Shown: positions 26,081 to 37,585, counted from the first letter of the stretch. The stretch is DNA of 64,000 nucleotides from Carcharhinus longimanus (GCA_030264375.1 JASCQW010000001.1:110058445-110122444); one strand, 5' to 3'. The notes: a model not told the origin generated them from the sequence alone. Program-made: numbers and translations.

Positions 26081-26900
26081 AACATGGAAAATGCTGGAAA
26101 TACTCAGCAGGTCAGGCAGCATCTGTGGAAAGAGAATTAGTTAAAGTTTCCGGGGACTTCAAATAGTGGTGGTATTTTGGGTGATGTTAAACTGATAAGA
26201 TCTGAATCCTAACCCTGAGCCACCAAGACAGTTTGGCAATTTAAATGTTACGATGAGGTTGCATGTCTCATATGCACCTGCTATTTTAAATTTAATCCTG
26301 ACTTGCTAAGTTTTTTTGCAATGGTTAAAAAGATGAGGCTATTGGACCCAGGAGGTAAATGCCTCTCCTCCTACCTGCTGCATACAGTTAATCTGCTTCA
26401 TCAGATAAATTCTACCCGCACCGCCACAACTGGAAATGCCCCCTGATCTTTCCAATCTCCCACTCCCATCCCCAACTTCCAATTTTCCCCGACCCTTTAG
26501 ATCTCCTGTGTAAGGCTCCCAAACTTCCTCTGACTCCCGACCTCCAGATTTTCTTCTGGCTTCTGATTACCCCCATCGCCCCAGCCTCTCTGACCCATCT
26601 CTTCCCCCTTTCTGTTCCACAGCTTTGGTACCTCATGGTCTAATAGCCAGCTGGCCTCCTCTCAATCTGGCTGGCTGTGGCCAGAAAGCAGAGATAAAAC
26701 TGCGCAGCAGATTTTATTAAATTCAGCAGAACCTGCAGGAAACCTGTTGTCCCGGCCTCAAAGCAGCCCTGAGCTCTACTGCTCACTCTACACCTCCTGG
26801 TTCATGTCCAGCCCTTTAGCTCTGTTTGTTTCTTTGTAGATGGCACCTGGGCATTTCCAGCATGTTCTTGTTTGGTTTTGGATTTCCAGCACCAACAGCA
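26081..26900. mobile_element. Two separated arms of a second Penelope-derived fold-back family (26081-26152 and about 26815-26900) with about 660 bp inserted between them
   Basis: aaatgctggaaatactcagcaggtcaggcagcatctgtgga on the left; degenerate reverse complement tctttgtagatggcacctgggcatttccagcat on the right. Confidence 0.55.
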
Positions 26901-27109
26901 CTTAACCTTAGTATAAATAAGGGTTAACGCTTAATGTACAGCAAGGGGTTTGTAACGGCAAACTATCCAAGCCAAAACAATTGGATATCAAGATACAGCT
27001 CCAAAAAATCATTAACTTCAATTTAATAAACACCTGTAAGCTATAAAGAAAAACAAGCTTCTCTGCTCACTTTACTGCTGTGCCGAGGCAAGCAGCAATT
27101 TTAACTGAT

Positions 27110-27382
27110 CTCAAAATATTCCGTCTGCGACTCGGGATATTCCGTCTGCGACTCGGGATATTCCGTCTGCGACTCGGGATATTCCGCCTGCGACTCGGGA
27201 TATTCTGACTGTGACTTGGGATATTCCGTCTGCAACTCGGGATATTCCACCCGCGTCTCAGGATATTCCGCCTGCGTCTCGGGATATTCTGTCTGCGACT
27301 CGGGATATTCTGTCTGCATTTCGGAATATTCTCTCTGCGTCTCGAAACATAATGTCTGTATCTCAGAGTAACCTGTCTGTAT
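27110..27382. repeat. 21-bp minisatellite, 13 units, consensus ctcgggatattccgtctgcga
   Basis: Counted directly: units start at 27110, 27131, 27152 and so on to 27362, with no indels and increasing divergence to the right. Confidence 0.97.
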
Positions 27383-27734
27383 TGCAGGATGCGTGATCTG
27401 TGCAAGCTCATCAAAATGTTTAGACATTACCAATCTCAGTTTAAACAAATAATAACACCTTTGTGTATTTAGGGTCAAAGCCAAGGCAGACTGAAAGCAT
27501 GCTCGCATTTTTGTTTATCAGTCTGATCATAGCTATTGCCTTTTATTCAATTAGAATGCAAAATAACGTCAATCATCAAATATTTGGCCTTGCTTCTATC
27601 GTGGGTATTTGAGATATTTGGTTTCTGCTGTGTGCTTTATCCTTATTTGAAGCTTAGCTCTTCTCCAGCGTGGGGAAGGATGATCCAAACACAATGAAGC
27701 ACACAGTGCTTTGATCCTGAAGTATTATTACAGC

Positions 27735-27753
27735 AAGCCACTAGAGGGTGCTA
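27735..27753 (+). promoter_or_regulatory. CTCF-like motif AAGCCACTAGAGGGTGCTA
   Basis: Close match to the CTCF core consensus CCAC(C/T)AG(A/G)GGGCGC; sequence match only. Confidence 0.55.
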
Positions 27754-28264
27754 AGTGTACTCTGACTACTTCAAACCTCAGCAGTTGCAAGATACCATTT
27801 TACGGAAGAAAAACAGTACGTTTCACAGCCATTAGATTTTGAAAACAAATCTATACAAATATATTTAACAGTGACTGAAGAAACCAAGCTTTAGGCCAAG
27901 TAGTTAGTAACCTAGATATGGGTGACAGGCTCCTTCCGCCATTCCCACTCCACAATCAGAGATATGTCACAAAACCATTGCACCGGGGGTTGTGGTGGTG
28001 TTACTGCAAGAAAAACTATCCACCGCTGAACTTGCTCTGGCTTTGCTCTTGAACATTACAATGTAAAATAGCTAACATTAAGAACTGCACTGGAACCATC
28101 AGGGTTTGTTCTATGTAAATAATTATGGGCAATTTTGACTTGCTATCCAGTTGTTTTTAGACTGAGTTCTTCACATGAGACACTTGAACTATTCCAAGAG
28201 AGGAGATGTTGTAATGGTTTGTGGCAGCTGATCTTTTTTTAATTGGTTAAAGTTCACATAAGAA

Positions 28265-28580
28265 GCCCCAGACCTGGCCAAGTGGGCCATCAACAGATCC
28301 AGGCAACGGGTGGCCGAGAGGGTCGTCTGACCCGACTGTCTGCCCTTTTATTGTGGTTACGTTCAGGGCCGAGTGGCCTTGTACAGGGAGTACACGGTAC
28401 ACACCAATATTCTTCACGCCGTCCGTGATCGGCGAACACCACAGGGCAGTGCTGCACCATCACTGCTGGGAAACACTCTTTAATCTGAATAATACCTTTT
28501 AACATTCTATTTTTAGTTATAGTGTCTCCCTCTCATTTGTTAAATTTACTATTTATCAGTTTTATTTTGAAAAGAGTATA
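28265..28580 (+). mobile_element. Tx1 (L1-clade) LINE, extreme 3' end of ORF2 plus T-rich UTR
   Basis: DLAKWAINRSRQRVAERVV*PDCLPFYCGYVQGRVALYREY...RRTPQG resembles the Tx1 ORF2 C-terminus (LAK.AI..SR...DCL..F...V..RV.LE.E); GC-rich coding remnant then T-rich tail ending in aaaagag. Confidence 0.7.
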
Positions 28581-28893
28581 AACAGAGGATTGCCCCACCA
28601 GGGGGTGTCACCTCACCACTGTGTTTGTGTGTAATATTTTGATTTTTAAGAGATTCAGCCCCATGAATGACATTTTACTTTGATTTTGTATTTTGTTTTC
28701 TTTGAAGTTTTGATGTTTTGCTACAGGGTCCCACCAAGGGCTTCACTTGCTCTTGTTTATTTATTTTTGTGTTGATTGCTTGTTTTATATTTTTAAAAAA
28801 GAGTATGAAAAGGTCCATAATGAGAGGCGGATGGTCAGTTTCCCCTTGCCTGGGGGGTTGACACTGACTTCATTAGTTGCTACCTTGCTTGGT

Positions 28894-28964
28894 GGCAATT
28901 TAGCTCGAGTGGTTTGAATATGGTCATAGTAATAATGTTGTGGGTTCCATCCCTATCCTGGCCA
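28894..28964 (+). tRNA. tRNA-Ile(AAT)-like pseudogene
   Basis: GGCAATTTAGCTCGAGTGGTTTGAATATGGTCATAGTAAT---AATGTTGTGGGTTCCATCCCTATCCTGGCCA aligns end to end with vertebrate tRNA-Ile GGCCGGTTAGCTCAGTTGGTTAGAGCGTGGTGCTAATAACGCCAAGGTCGCGGGTTCGATCCCCGTACTGGCCA (recalled); anticodon arm damaged; short T-run follows. Confidence 0.65.
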
Positions 28965-28984
28965 GCTGGAAGACATTTTGTAGG

Positions 28985-29059
28985 AATGAGCTGGCTGAGA
29001 AATGATGGACTGCGAATCCATTAAGCTCTGTGTGATGGTTTCAAATCCCACCCTTGTTG
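28985..29059 (+). tRNA. tRNA-Ser(GCT)-like pseudogene
   Basis: AATGAGCTGGCTGAG...TGATGGACTGCGAATCCATTAAGCTCTG...TGGTTTCAAATCCCACCCTTGTTG matches tRNA-Ser GACGAGGTGGCCGAG...CGATGGACTGCTAATCCATTGTGCTCTG...TGGGTTCGAATCCCACCCTCGTCG (recalled); many differences are CpG decay; D-arm deletion; T-rich tract follows. Confidence 0.8.
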
Positions 29060-31429
29060 TTTGTTTGTTTAATATATTGCTTCTTTGTATTTTAAGAGGC
29101 TGTTAACTTTATAATTTGACATACTCAAAAGAGTCTAAAAGAGGCCCATCCCATCTGTGAATCCCACAAACCACTGTGCTTGTGTTTTTAAGCACCACTT
29201 AAGTAATATTACCTTTTCATCGAAACTATCAATCATATTGTGGTGATTGCCCCTTTAAGGACTCAACTGCAGAGTAAGAGTCACATGACCTGGGGAACCT
29301 TCTTGCTGGCTAACTGAGGCCACAAGCCTTTGTAATAAGTAAATAAATGTTGTGGTTATTATTTACCTGGTGAAGTGAAATTATTACATTGGTGATGAGG
29401 ATTAAAGAAAAACACAGCGGTCCCAAGATTGTGAGTATAAAGTCATGTTGAAGTTCAGTTCAAGTTGAGAAACAGATGAGTGTTTGCAGATATGCCCCTA
29501 TTTGGATGGATAGATCCTTCTGGTGATCGATGGAGGATTGGACACAATGTATTGAATGTTTGAGCTATTATTTTTAGGCCAACTGAACAGAGGAGGAGTG
29601 GAAATGGAAGGCAATCCTTCTGAGTGTCTGTGGGACTCAGGCCTACAGTTTATTATGCAGCTTCACATCCCCAAATGTGCCTGACTCCAAGTCATTCACT
29701 GAGATCGCTGAAAACACACCACCAACCAAAAACATACTGCAATGATTTAAGTTTACCTTAATCAGGGGACCCCTGGGGAATCTACTGCAACATATATCCC
29801 AAATTAAGACAGATGTCAGAGCATTGTGACCTTGGAACCACTCTCAATGAAATGCTGCGTTTAGCCTGTGGTATAAGTAAGGCCATCCAGAGGAAGCTAT
29901 TAGCAGAGACAGTCACAATGTTAAGGCGGCGATGGAGATGGTGTTGGCAATGGAGACCGCTGAGAAAGGTGTACAGGAGTTTCAGAGCTGGCAAAATGAC
30001 GCAGTTCACAGTTAGAGTGAGAAGCTGCAGTCAGCAGTGGCTCCAAAAATGAAGATGTATTTTAAAAGAGGAAGCAAATGCAGCCATGAATAGAGTGAGA
30101 AGACTTTTAAAAAGCCAATCAATCACCTAGGATTGAAGCAGAGAGTTACCAGTGTGGGGGTAATCGCTCCCCTGAAACCTGCAGGTTTAAAGAGGCTGAA
30201 TGTTTTTATTTGCTGCAGGAAAGGTCACTAAAGGAACTGGTGTAAAGTAATACATTGCAAGTGCATAGAATGGAAGTGACCAGAGAATGAAAGAGATTTG
30301 AATATTCACTCATTGTTCAACGTAAAAGTGAATAAGGTTGCCTTCATCACTGTGATGCTTTTGGTAAATGACAGCCCCTTAAAGATGGAAGTTAATATGG
30401 GAGCCTCTGCCACGGTGACAGAATACCACACATTTTGATATTTACAAGGACGAGTCCAGCCATTGAGTTTGAAGATACCATAGCAAAACTAACAACTTAC
30501 ACAGGGGAAGCTATCAAGATTAAGGCTACTACCACAGTACCTGTAAGCTGTAAGCAGTAGTCCACTCAACGTCCAGTAATAATAGTGTCAGGCCAATGGC
30601 CATGTATTTTAGGTCGTGATTGGCTCAAGGTAATCAAGTTAAACTGGATGGAAATCTTCCATACTGAGAAGGGGGAGTGCCTGAATTAATGAAGAAGAAT
30701 GACAATATTTTCTGTGACACATTGGGTAAAATAAAGGGCCTTGAGGGGAAGATCTGGAAGCAATCTTATGACCAGGAGCATGTGCCTCGCAAAAACATTG
30801 GATGTGGAATTGAAGAGATTGGAAGAAGTGGGTACTATCCAACCAGTTCAATTTGCAGAGTGGGCAGCACTCATAGTCCTTGTGATTAGGCCTGACAAGA
30901 CATTTGTGGAGTGGGCAGCGCTCATAGTCCCTGTGATAAAGCTTGATAAAACCATCCGCATCAAATTAACAGTTAATCAGGCTGCCAAGTTAGGTAAATA
31001 TCTAATCTCGAAGATTAAAGACCTGAATGCAAAGCTGACTAGAAGCCAATCTTATTCAAAACTGGAAATGAGTCACACATATCAGCAACTTGAATTAGAC
31101 GACACTTCCCGAAGTTATGTCATGAGAAACACACACAAAACTTTGCACTTACTCTTTTGTGTGTCATCAGCATGTGCTATTTTTTATAGAACAACAAAAA
31201 GTTTATTGCCAGGACTGCCACAAGTTGCACTGTACTTGGATAATGTTCTGATAACTGGATTGACAGAAGCTGAGCACTTAGCTAACTTAGACGAGGTACT
31301 AAAGACATTTCAAGAAGCTAGAGTTTGCCTCAAAGGGAAATATATTTTTCAAGCTACTGAGACAGCCTATCTGGGATATCTTAGTTGCACTAGGATTACA
31401 CCCCATGGAAGACAATCGTTTGAATGGCA

Positions 31430-33433
31430 CCTCAACTTTTTGTTGGCCATAAGTGAAAGCTGGGCTTTAAAAAATGTAAGCATTAATTCATGGTTCACAT
31501 AAATTTTGGCCTTATCTCCTCGTATGCATACCAGCTCCCTCTGAAATGGTTCTTGATACTTACACAAGAGCTCCTGGAAAACCTCATCCTTGATGCTGAA
31601 TATTTCCAGTCAATTCAACTTGCTTTGCTCAGCCAGTCTCATCCCATAAGGCTAGGCTTCTGTTCCTTCGCTGCTATCAGGGTTAGCTAGGCAGACTGGT
31701 GCTGGTAAAATGCCTGTGTGGATGACATGCCCAATTCCTTCAGTTCCTCCCAGTATAGGTTGCCAACTTGGCCATTGTACTTCTAAGCCTCACAGACTGC
31801 ACCCCTCCCTGCAAATACCTGTAGGTTTCCTCTCCCATTGCTGGAGCGCCTGTATTGACTTCCAAAGTTAATGGACATCCTTTTAAAGGATGTTTTCAAT
31901 GGTGGCAAGGGGAGAGGTGTGTTTTATTTAACTTTACAATGTTGAACTCATAAACTTTGGACTTCTTTTCCAAATCTTCCTCAGTCTTGTTTACTGGGGT
32001 CCTCGTTTTATTTTCTTGGGAACTAGGTGCCATTTGTTTGATTCTGCATCTGGCTTGTCTGTGGCCTTTCCAAATTCATCTGAAACAAATGACATCTTTA
32101 CATCTGCATCTGTCTCGGGGATGGCATCTGCAACAACGGTAACATTTGTCAAACCCTTGTGGCTGATGACTTCTCTTCCTTCCCTCGGGTATATCGAGCT
32201 GCCACTATTTCCTGCCAAGTTTTATTCACCTCGCCCTGCATGCCTTGCAGTTCAAACACACTCCGTTCAGAGCTTTCAGTCACTTGAGCCAGTTCAACTA
32301 TTTTACCCAGGGATATTTTAGTTCCCGCCAGCAACTTCTTCTGAATGTTCAAATTATTGCTACTTGGTGGCACAGTGGTTAGCACTGCTGCCTTACAGTG
32401 CCAGCTGGGTTCAATTCTGGCCTCGGNNNNNNNNNNNNNNNNNNNNNNNNNNNNNNNNNCTCCATGTCTGCATGGGTTTCCTCTGGGTGCTCCGGTTTCC
32501 TCGCACAGTCCAAAGATGTGTGGGTTAGGTTGATTGACCGTAGTGTCAGGGGATTAGCAGGATAAATGGGAAGGGTTCTGGGAATAGGGCCTGGGGGGGG
32601 ATTGTGGTTGGAGCAGACTCGATGGGCTGAATGGCCTCCTTTTGCACTTTAGGGATTTGATGATTCTAAGAACATCACATAACATATCATTTAGAGACGG
32701 GCCAAACTCTCAGTGTTCAACCATTTGGCAAAGCCTGGTGACTAAAGCAGAAACCTGGCTCCCTAATGGCTGAATGGAATTTATATCGCTGCTAATAATG
32801 GAGGGTTGGGGATTGTGGTCGTGTCTTATTAGGGCAACTAGCTGGTCAAAGGATTTTGTATCTGGTGCCTCCAGAGACGTTAGGCTTCTTACGAGGTTAG
32901 ATGTCTGCGGGCTACACAACATGAGAAAAATAACTTTCTGCTTTTCATCGGAAGTTATTTTGTCAGCTGCAAAAAATATGGAAGTCTTTCACTGTACTGG
33001 CTCCAATTTTCAATCTCCAATGGACGGATTTTCCTGAACATTGGCTTAGCAACTCTACTATGGTTGGGACAATAAATTTCTACCTTCCCTACAGTTCTTC
33101 AGGGAATCACCCTCTCCCCTCCAAATGTTGACTTTTTTTGCAGCTGTTGGCCAATTTATTCTTATTGCCAATATTGCAGTGTGAGGTAAAATGACAAGAA
33201 AGTCTGAAATCACAATAGTGATTTGTTGAATGATAGTTATAATTGTTTACAGACAAGCTGAGTACAGATACAGATCCAGCCCCACTGACTCCTGGGCTTA
33301 GGCTGCAGGTTTCACCTTCCTGGACCCAAGCCCTAAGACTCAATAGGCTAAGGTTCGCACGCTCCATTCCAATAGGCTCCAGGAGTCATGTGACCATTGA
33401 ACGATCACCCCTTAAAGGGGTCATGCTACCATA
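31430..33433 (-). mobile_element. Second Gypsy element (5' LTR, PBS, gag, protease; truncated before RT) nested in inverted orientation
   Basis: LTR about 33172-33433 with cccctttaagg and gtcacatgac motifs, PBS tggcaataag, gag LVRSLTSLEAPDTKSFDQLVALIRHDHNPQPSII and IQKKLLA, protease LEVNTGA, AKIYVNHELMLTFFKA. Confidence 0.85.
32365..32668 (+). mobile_element. HE1-type V-SINE inside the inner Gypsy gag
   Basis: ggtggcacagtggttagcactgctgcc head; family body and tail; short N gap. Confidence 0.88.
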
Positions 33434-33640
33434 TTTCCCAAGCAGAGGAATTATGTTGCTGCACAGCATTTGGAAACCCCCTGAAGGACGTGATTTATAA
33501 TTGACTACATTCATATAATAAATATTTAATTATCTGAAAGTTTCTAAATTGATATTGATATTTGTATCAAAAGGACTTAGAGAGGAAGGATGTAGTGATT
33601 ATCACTTTAAGGATAAAGGATTTGCAGAGGAAGGATCACT

Positions 33641-34005
33641 TGGGGGGTGGCATGGTGACACAGTGGTTAGCACTGCTGCCCCACAGTGCCAGAGATCTGG
33701 GTTCAATTGCGGCCTTGGGCCACTGTCTGTGTGGAATTTGCATGTTTGCCTCATGTCTGCATGAGTTTCCTCCGGGTGCTCCAGTTTTCTCCCACAGTCC
33801 AAAGATGTGCAACTTAGGTTGATTGGGCATGCTAAATTTCCCCCTAGAGTCCAAAGATATGTAGGTTAGGGGGATTAGCAGGTTGGGGTTATAGGGATAG
33901 GGCGAGGTTTGGGCCTGAGTAAAATGCTCTTTCAGAGAGACAATGCAGAATCAATGGGCTGAATGGCCTCCTTCTGCACTGTAGAGATTCTATGAATTCT
34001 ACGAT
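33641..34005 (+). mobile_element. HE1-type V-SINE inside the outer Gypsy 3' LTR
   Basis: Full consensus head, V-domain and tail; LTR homology to 29239-29388 resumes on both sides. Confidence 0.9.
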
Positions 34006-34699
34006 CCGAAGAACCTTCTCGGGCTGATTGGCTGCAAGCCTCTGTATTATAGCGTATAATAGTTATATGTAAATAAATATTGCAGTTGATATTTAGTTAA
34101 CTGGTGAACTGGAATTATTACGCACATTTTTGATTTATCACTGCATTTATACAAAAAGAATATTTGTTTTTCAGTTCTTTTCTTGCATGAGTCAGGTATT
34201 ATTCTTTAGTAAAGTATTATAAATTATTTTTGAAAACAAATTTCTCAAACTGAAATTGACAGTATACATGATGCAAGCAAAGCTGACATGAAATCAAACA
34301 CACACCACCAGGATTCATTCCTGTAGATAGGACTAGGCAACACATCCTCTCCTGCTCTATAATTAGGGTATTTTTGGATATGATTACTTACCAGGTTGGC
34401 TTGGAGATTTGTGTAGCCTTTCAGTCTAACTGCAGCAGAGTTGCAGTTTCTGAAGAAATCCCTTCACTGCTGAACTATGCTGAAACATTGTTATGTATGG
34501 ATTTCTCAATCATTCACTGCTTTAAAGGAACGTCTGCCAAATCTCTCTGCCACTCATGTATACAGCACTGTCCCCATGCAAAAGATGAGCTGGTGGGGAT
34601 TTTCTGGGTTTACATCAGTAGGCTCTGGAGTGGCCTTAAAGCACTGATGCATCATGTCTTGCAGTCACCTGATATCACCATACCTGAGATTTCCAGAAT

Positions 34700-35005
34700 T
34701 TAGAATCATAGAAGCCCTATATTGCAGAAGGAGGCCATTCGGTCTATCAAGCCTGCACCGACTACAATTCCACTCAGGTCCTATCCTCATAACCCCTCAT
34801 ATTTACCCTGCTACCTCCTCTGACATTAAGGGGCAATTTAACATGGACAATCAACGTAACCTGCACATCTTTGGATTGTGGGAGGAAACTGGAGCACTCA
34901 GAGGAAACCCATGCAGACATGGGGAGAATGTGCAAACTCCACACAGACATGACTCAAGACTGGAGTCGAACCTGTGAGGCTAACCACTATGCCATCATGC
35001 CACCC
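34700..35005 (-). mobile_element. HE1-type V-SINE
   Basis: Reverse complement of the family consensus. Confidence 0.88.
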
Positions 35006-36744
35006 ATCAACTTTTTATGTGGTTTAGGAAACAGACTCCTTATCAGGACCAGCACTGCTTAACAAAGATGTTGTTAGTTTCAAGAACCTAGAATTTATCA
35101 GATATTGTCAAACTGACATTTGCAGTCAGACGAAATGGCTGGAATGCCCTTCCCACTAAGCAAATATTCAAGATGGAGTTAGCTGGATGTTTGATGGGCA
35201 AGCGAGTCCAGGGGACAGGCAAGAAAATGGTGTTAATCGATTCGCCCTGAGCTTTTTGAATGGCAGAGCAGGCTCGATGGGCTGAATGGCATACTCCTAC
35301 TCACGATTCTTATGACCTTATATGTGTTCCGTAGAGTAACGGAAGGGAAAGAGGAGCAACAGAAGTGGAAAGCTCCGAGAGTGAGGCACCGGGGTAAAAT
35401 ACAGCAGCCACGTATATTTTTTCTATTGGTGGATCTGTGTTTGTGCTCTTTTTATGCTAGTTTTTTCGGCATATGAACTCAGCAGGTGGAGGCTGCTTTG
35501 GGACTTCACAGTCAATCGCTTGCATAAGGACCCAGGCAGTGGCTGCAACTTGATCCAGTAACCATCCTCCACAGGCAGGCTGAAACCTCAGTGCAATGTA
35601 TTCCATTTCTGCACAACTGGTGTGTGTGCATCATTCTAGCCCTGGAGAGAGCCCTGATTGATGGATGGGGTTGTGAGCAATGTCCATGCCCTCAGAGTTA
35701 TGGTCCTGGTTAAGTTTTGTTAGCATAAAAGGAATATAGGAATCTATCGGGATGAAGTTAGAATTCCCTCAACTACACATGAAAGATAGTGTGTAATATA
35801 AGGACAGGAAAAGACCAGGAATTTAAAAGTGAATCAAAGTAAAGATTCCAATGAACAAAGCAAGACACTGGAAGAAACAGAAATTAAATACGACAGATCC
35901 TGGCTGAAATACAAACAGGAAATGCTGGTAAACACAACAGGTTGGATAATATCAATGAAACGAGAAACAGAATTAATGGGCAAAGATTTATTTTTCAGCA
36001 ATAAGGACTATTTTCAGCTCTCGACCCTGCCTGCAGTAGCAATACGCCATCTGTATCAATCTTCTAGAAGGTGGACAACTAAGAATCCATCTATGGGATT
36101 TATGCCTGATTAGGGAGAGTGGGTATCCTGAGGAGGCAGGAGGTCCATTCAGCAGGCCCCGTTGTAAGGCCTGCCTTTGCTGAGCCTGCAGTGAGAGAGC
36201 TGCTTCAGAGAATGCAGCAGGCACAGGAGAGACATGATAAAGGTGCAGTCAGTCTGATGGGAGAGGTGTTCACTGCATCGCAGCCCAGCATAAACAAAGT
36301 CTCCAGCAGTTCCTCACGTCATGGCAAAACGGTAGCCAGCGGGAGATATCAGCCTTGCTATTATTTTGTTACTAAAGGTTATTGTCAAGGCGCTGACGCA
36401 GTGCGGAGCTAGTGTGACTCTCGGAATATTGCGAAGTTGGTGAAAGATTGCAATAACTTGCTGAATTACGTATTGCAATAGGCTTTCTGATACCATGGGG
36501 CAGGCTGCTGACATCAGTCTCGGCCCATCTAACATGGCTGAATGGGGGAAAGTGGTCAGCCCATCAGCCCAAAGCATTTTTCTCTAACTCACCTGGAAGG
36601 GCTTGGTAAAATTTTCCCCAGTGTTTTAGATAAATGGCCTTCACTGTTTATCTGCAATTTCTGATTTCGCTGCAAGAATATACAGGGACCGGCACTGGGG
36701 CCATGCAATTGCAGAGCCTGAGGCTCCCAGTATTTTCAGACTTC

Positions 36745-37145
36745 AAATCAGGGGATCTCATACAAACTTATAAAATTCTAACAGGGTTAGACAAGGTAGA
36801 TTCAGAAAGAGTGTTCCCAGTGGCGGGGGAGTCGAGAACTAGGGGTCATACTTTAAGGATAAGGGGTAAACCTTTTCGAACTGAGGTGAGGAGAAATTTC
36901 TTCACCCGGAGGATGGTGAGTGTGTGGCATTCACTACCACAGAAAGTAGTTGAGGCTAAAACGTTGTATGATTTCAAGGAGAAATTGGATATAGCTCTTG
37001 GAGCTAAAGTGATCAAGGGATCGGGGGAGGGGGGAGAGGACATCAGGATATTGAATTTGATGATCGGTCATGATCAAAATGAATGATGGAGCAGGCTCAA
37101 AGGGCCAAATGGCCAACTCCTGCTTCTCGTTTCCAAGCTTCTATG
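36745..37145 (+). mobile_element. CR1-clade LINE 3' end, relatively young (frame intact)
   Basis: GDLIQTYKILTGLDKVDSERVFPVAGESRTRGHTLRIRGKPFRTEVRRNFFTRRMVSVWHSLP, the canonical CR1 ORF2 C-terminus. Confidence 0.92.
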
Positions 37146-37159
37146 TAAACTTTTATATA

Positions 37160-37585
37160 CAATCAAGGAGCAGGAGCAGGCCATTCAGCCCCTTGAGCCT
37201 GCCCCCCCCCCATTTAATTTGATTTGATAGTAACCTCAAATATGTGTCCGGCCACCTCCCTGTAACCTATCACCTCTTGCTTACCAAAAATCTCTCCACC
37301 TCTGCCTTAAAAATATTCAAACACTCTGCTTCCACCACCTTTTCTGACAGACAATTTCAAAGACTCACAACTCTCTGAGTGAAAAAAGCTTGCTTCATCT
37401 CCATTTGAAGTAGGCTCATTTTGTTTTTAAACAGTCCTAGCTCTAGATTCTCCCACAAGTGGAAACATCCTCTCCACATCCATCCTGTCAAGACCCCACA
37501 GGATCTTATAAGCTTCACTCAAATTGCCTCTTCAAAACTCTAGTGGATACAAGGCTAGTCCCTCTAAGCCTTCGTCATAAGACAC
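37160..37585 (-). mobile_element. CR1-clade LINE 3' fragment, tail-to-tail with the preceding copy
   Basis: ggagcaggccattcagccccttgagcctgc end followed by reverse-complement CR1 ORF2 sequence. Confidence 0.75.

Larger units (their letters stand above)
29239..34122 (+). mobile_element. Gypsy (Ty3) LTR retrotransposon, decayed, both LTRs present
   Basis: 5' LTR 29239-29388 (TG...CA), PBS tggtgatgagg, gag start MPLFG..DPS..EDWTQCIE, degenerate zinc knuckles near 30145-30230, protease MEVNMGAS, RT 30741-31390 (EWAALIV, SKLEMSHTYQQL, YLDNVLITG), pol end SIWKPPEGRDL* at 33500, PPT agagaggaagga, 3' LTR 33591-34122 (SINE-interrupted), TSD catat/cacat. Confidence 0.9.

Noticed and set aside
27110-27382. 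CRISPR-like array
   Set aside because: Units are contiguous with no unique spacers, there are no cas genes, and the context is a vertebrate intron.
30741-31502. 253-aa ORF as a host gene
   Set aside because: It is a decayed Gypsy RT (catalytic YLDD changed to YLDN, internal duplication) that runs into the inverted element.
34392-34683. Possible extra NDST exon (perfect CTG|gtaagt donor on minus at 34386-34394)
   Set aside because: No frame resembles the expected upstream NDST exon (VLPRQTCGLFTHT...GGELF), and there is no convincing polypyrimidine acceptor.
36634-37086. 150-aa ORF as a host gene
   Set aside because: It is the CR1 ORF2 C-terminus joined by chance to upstream sequence.
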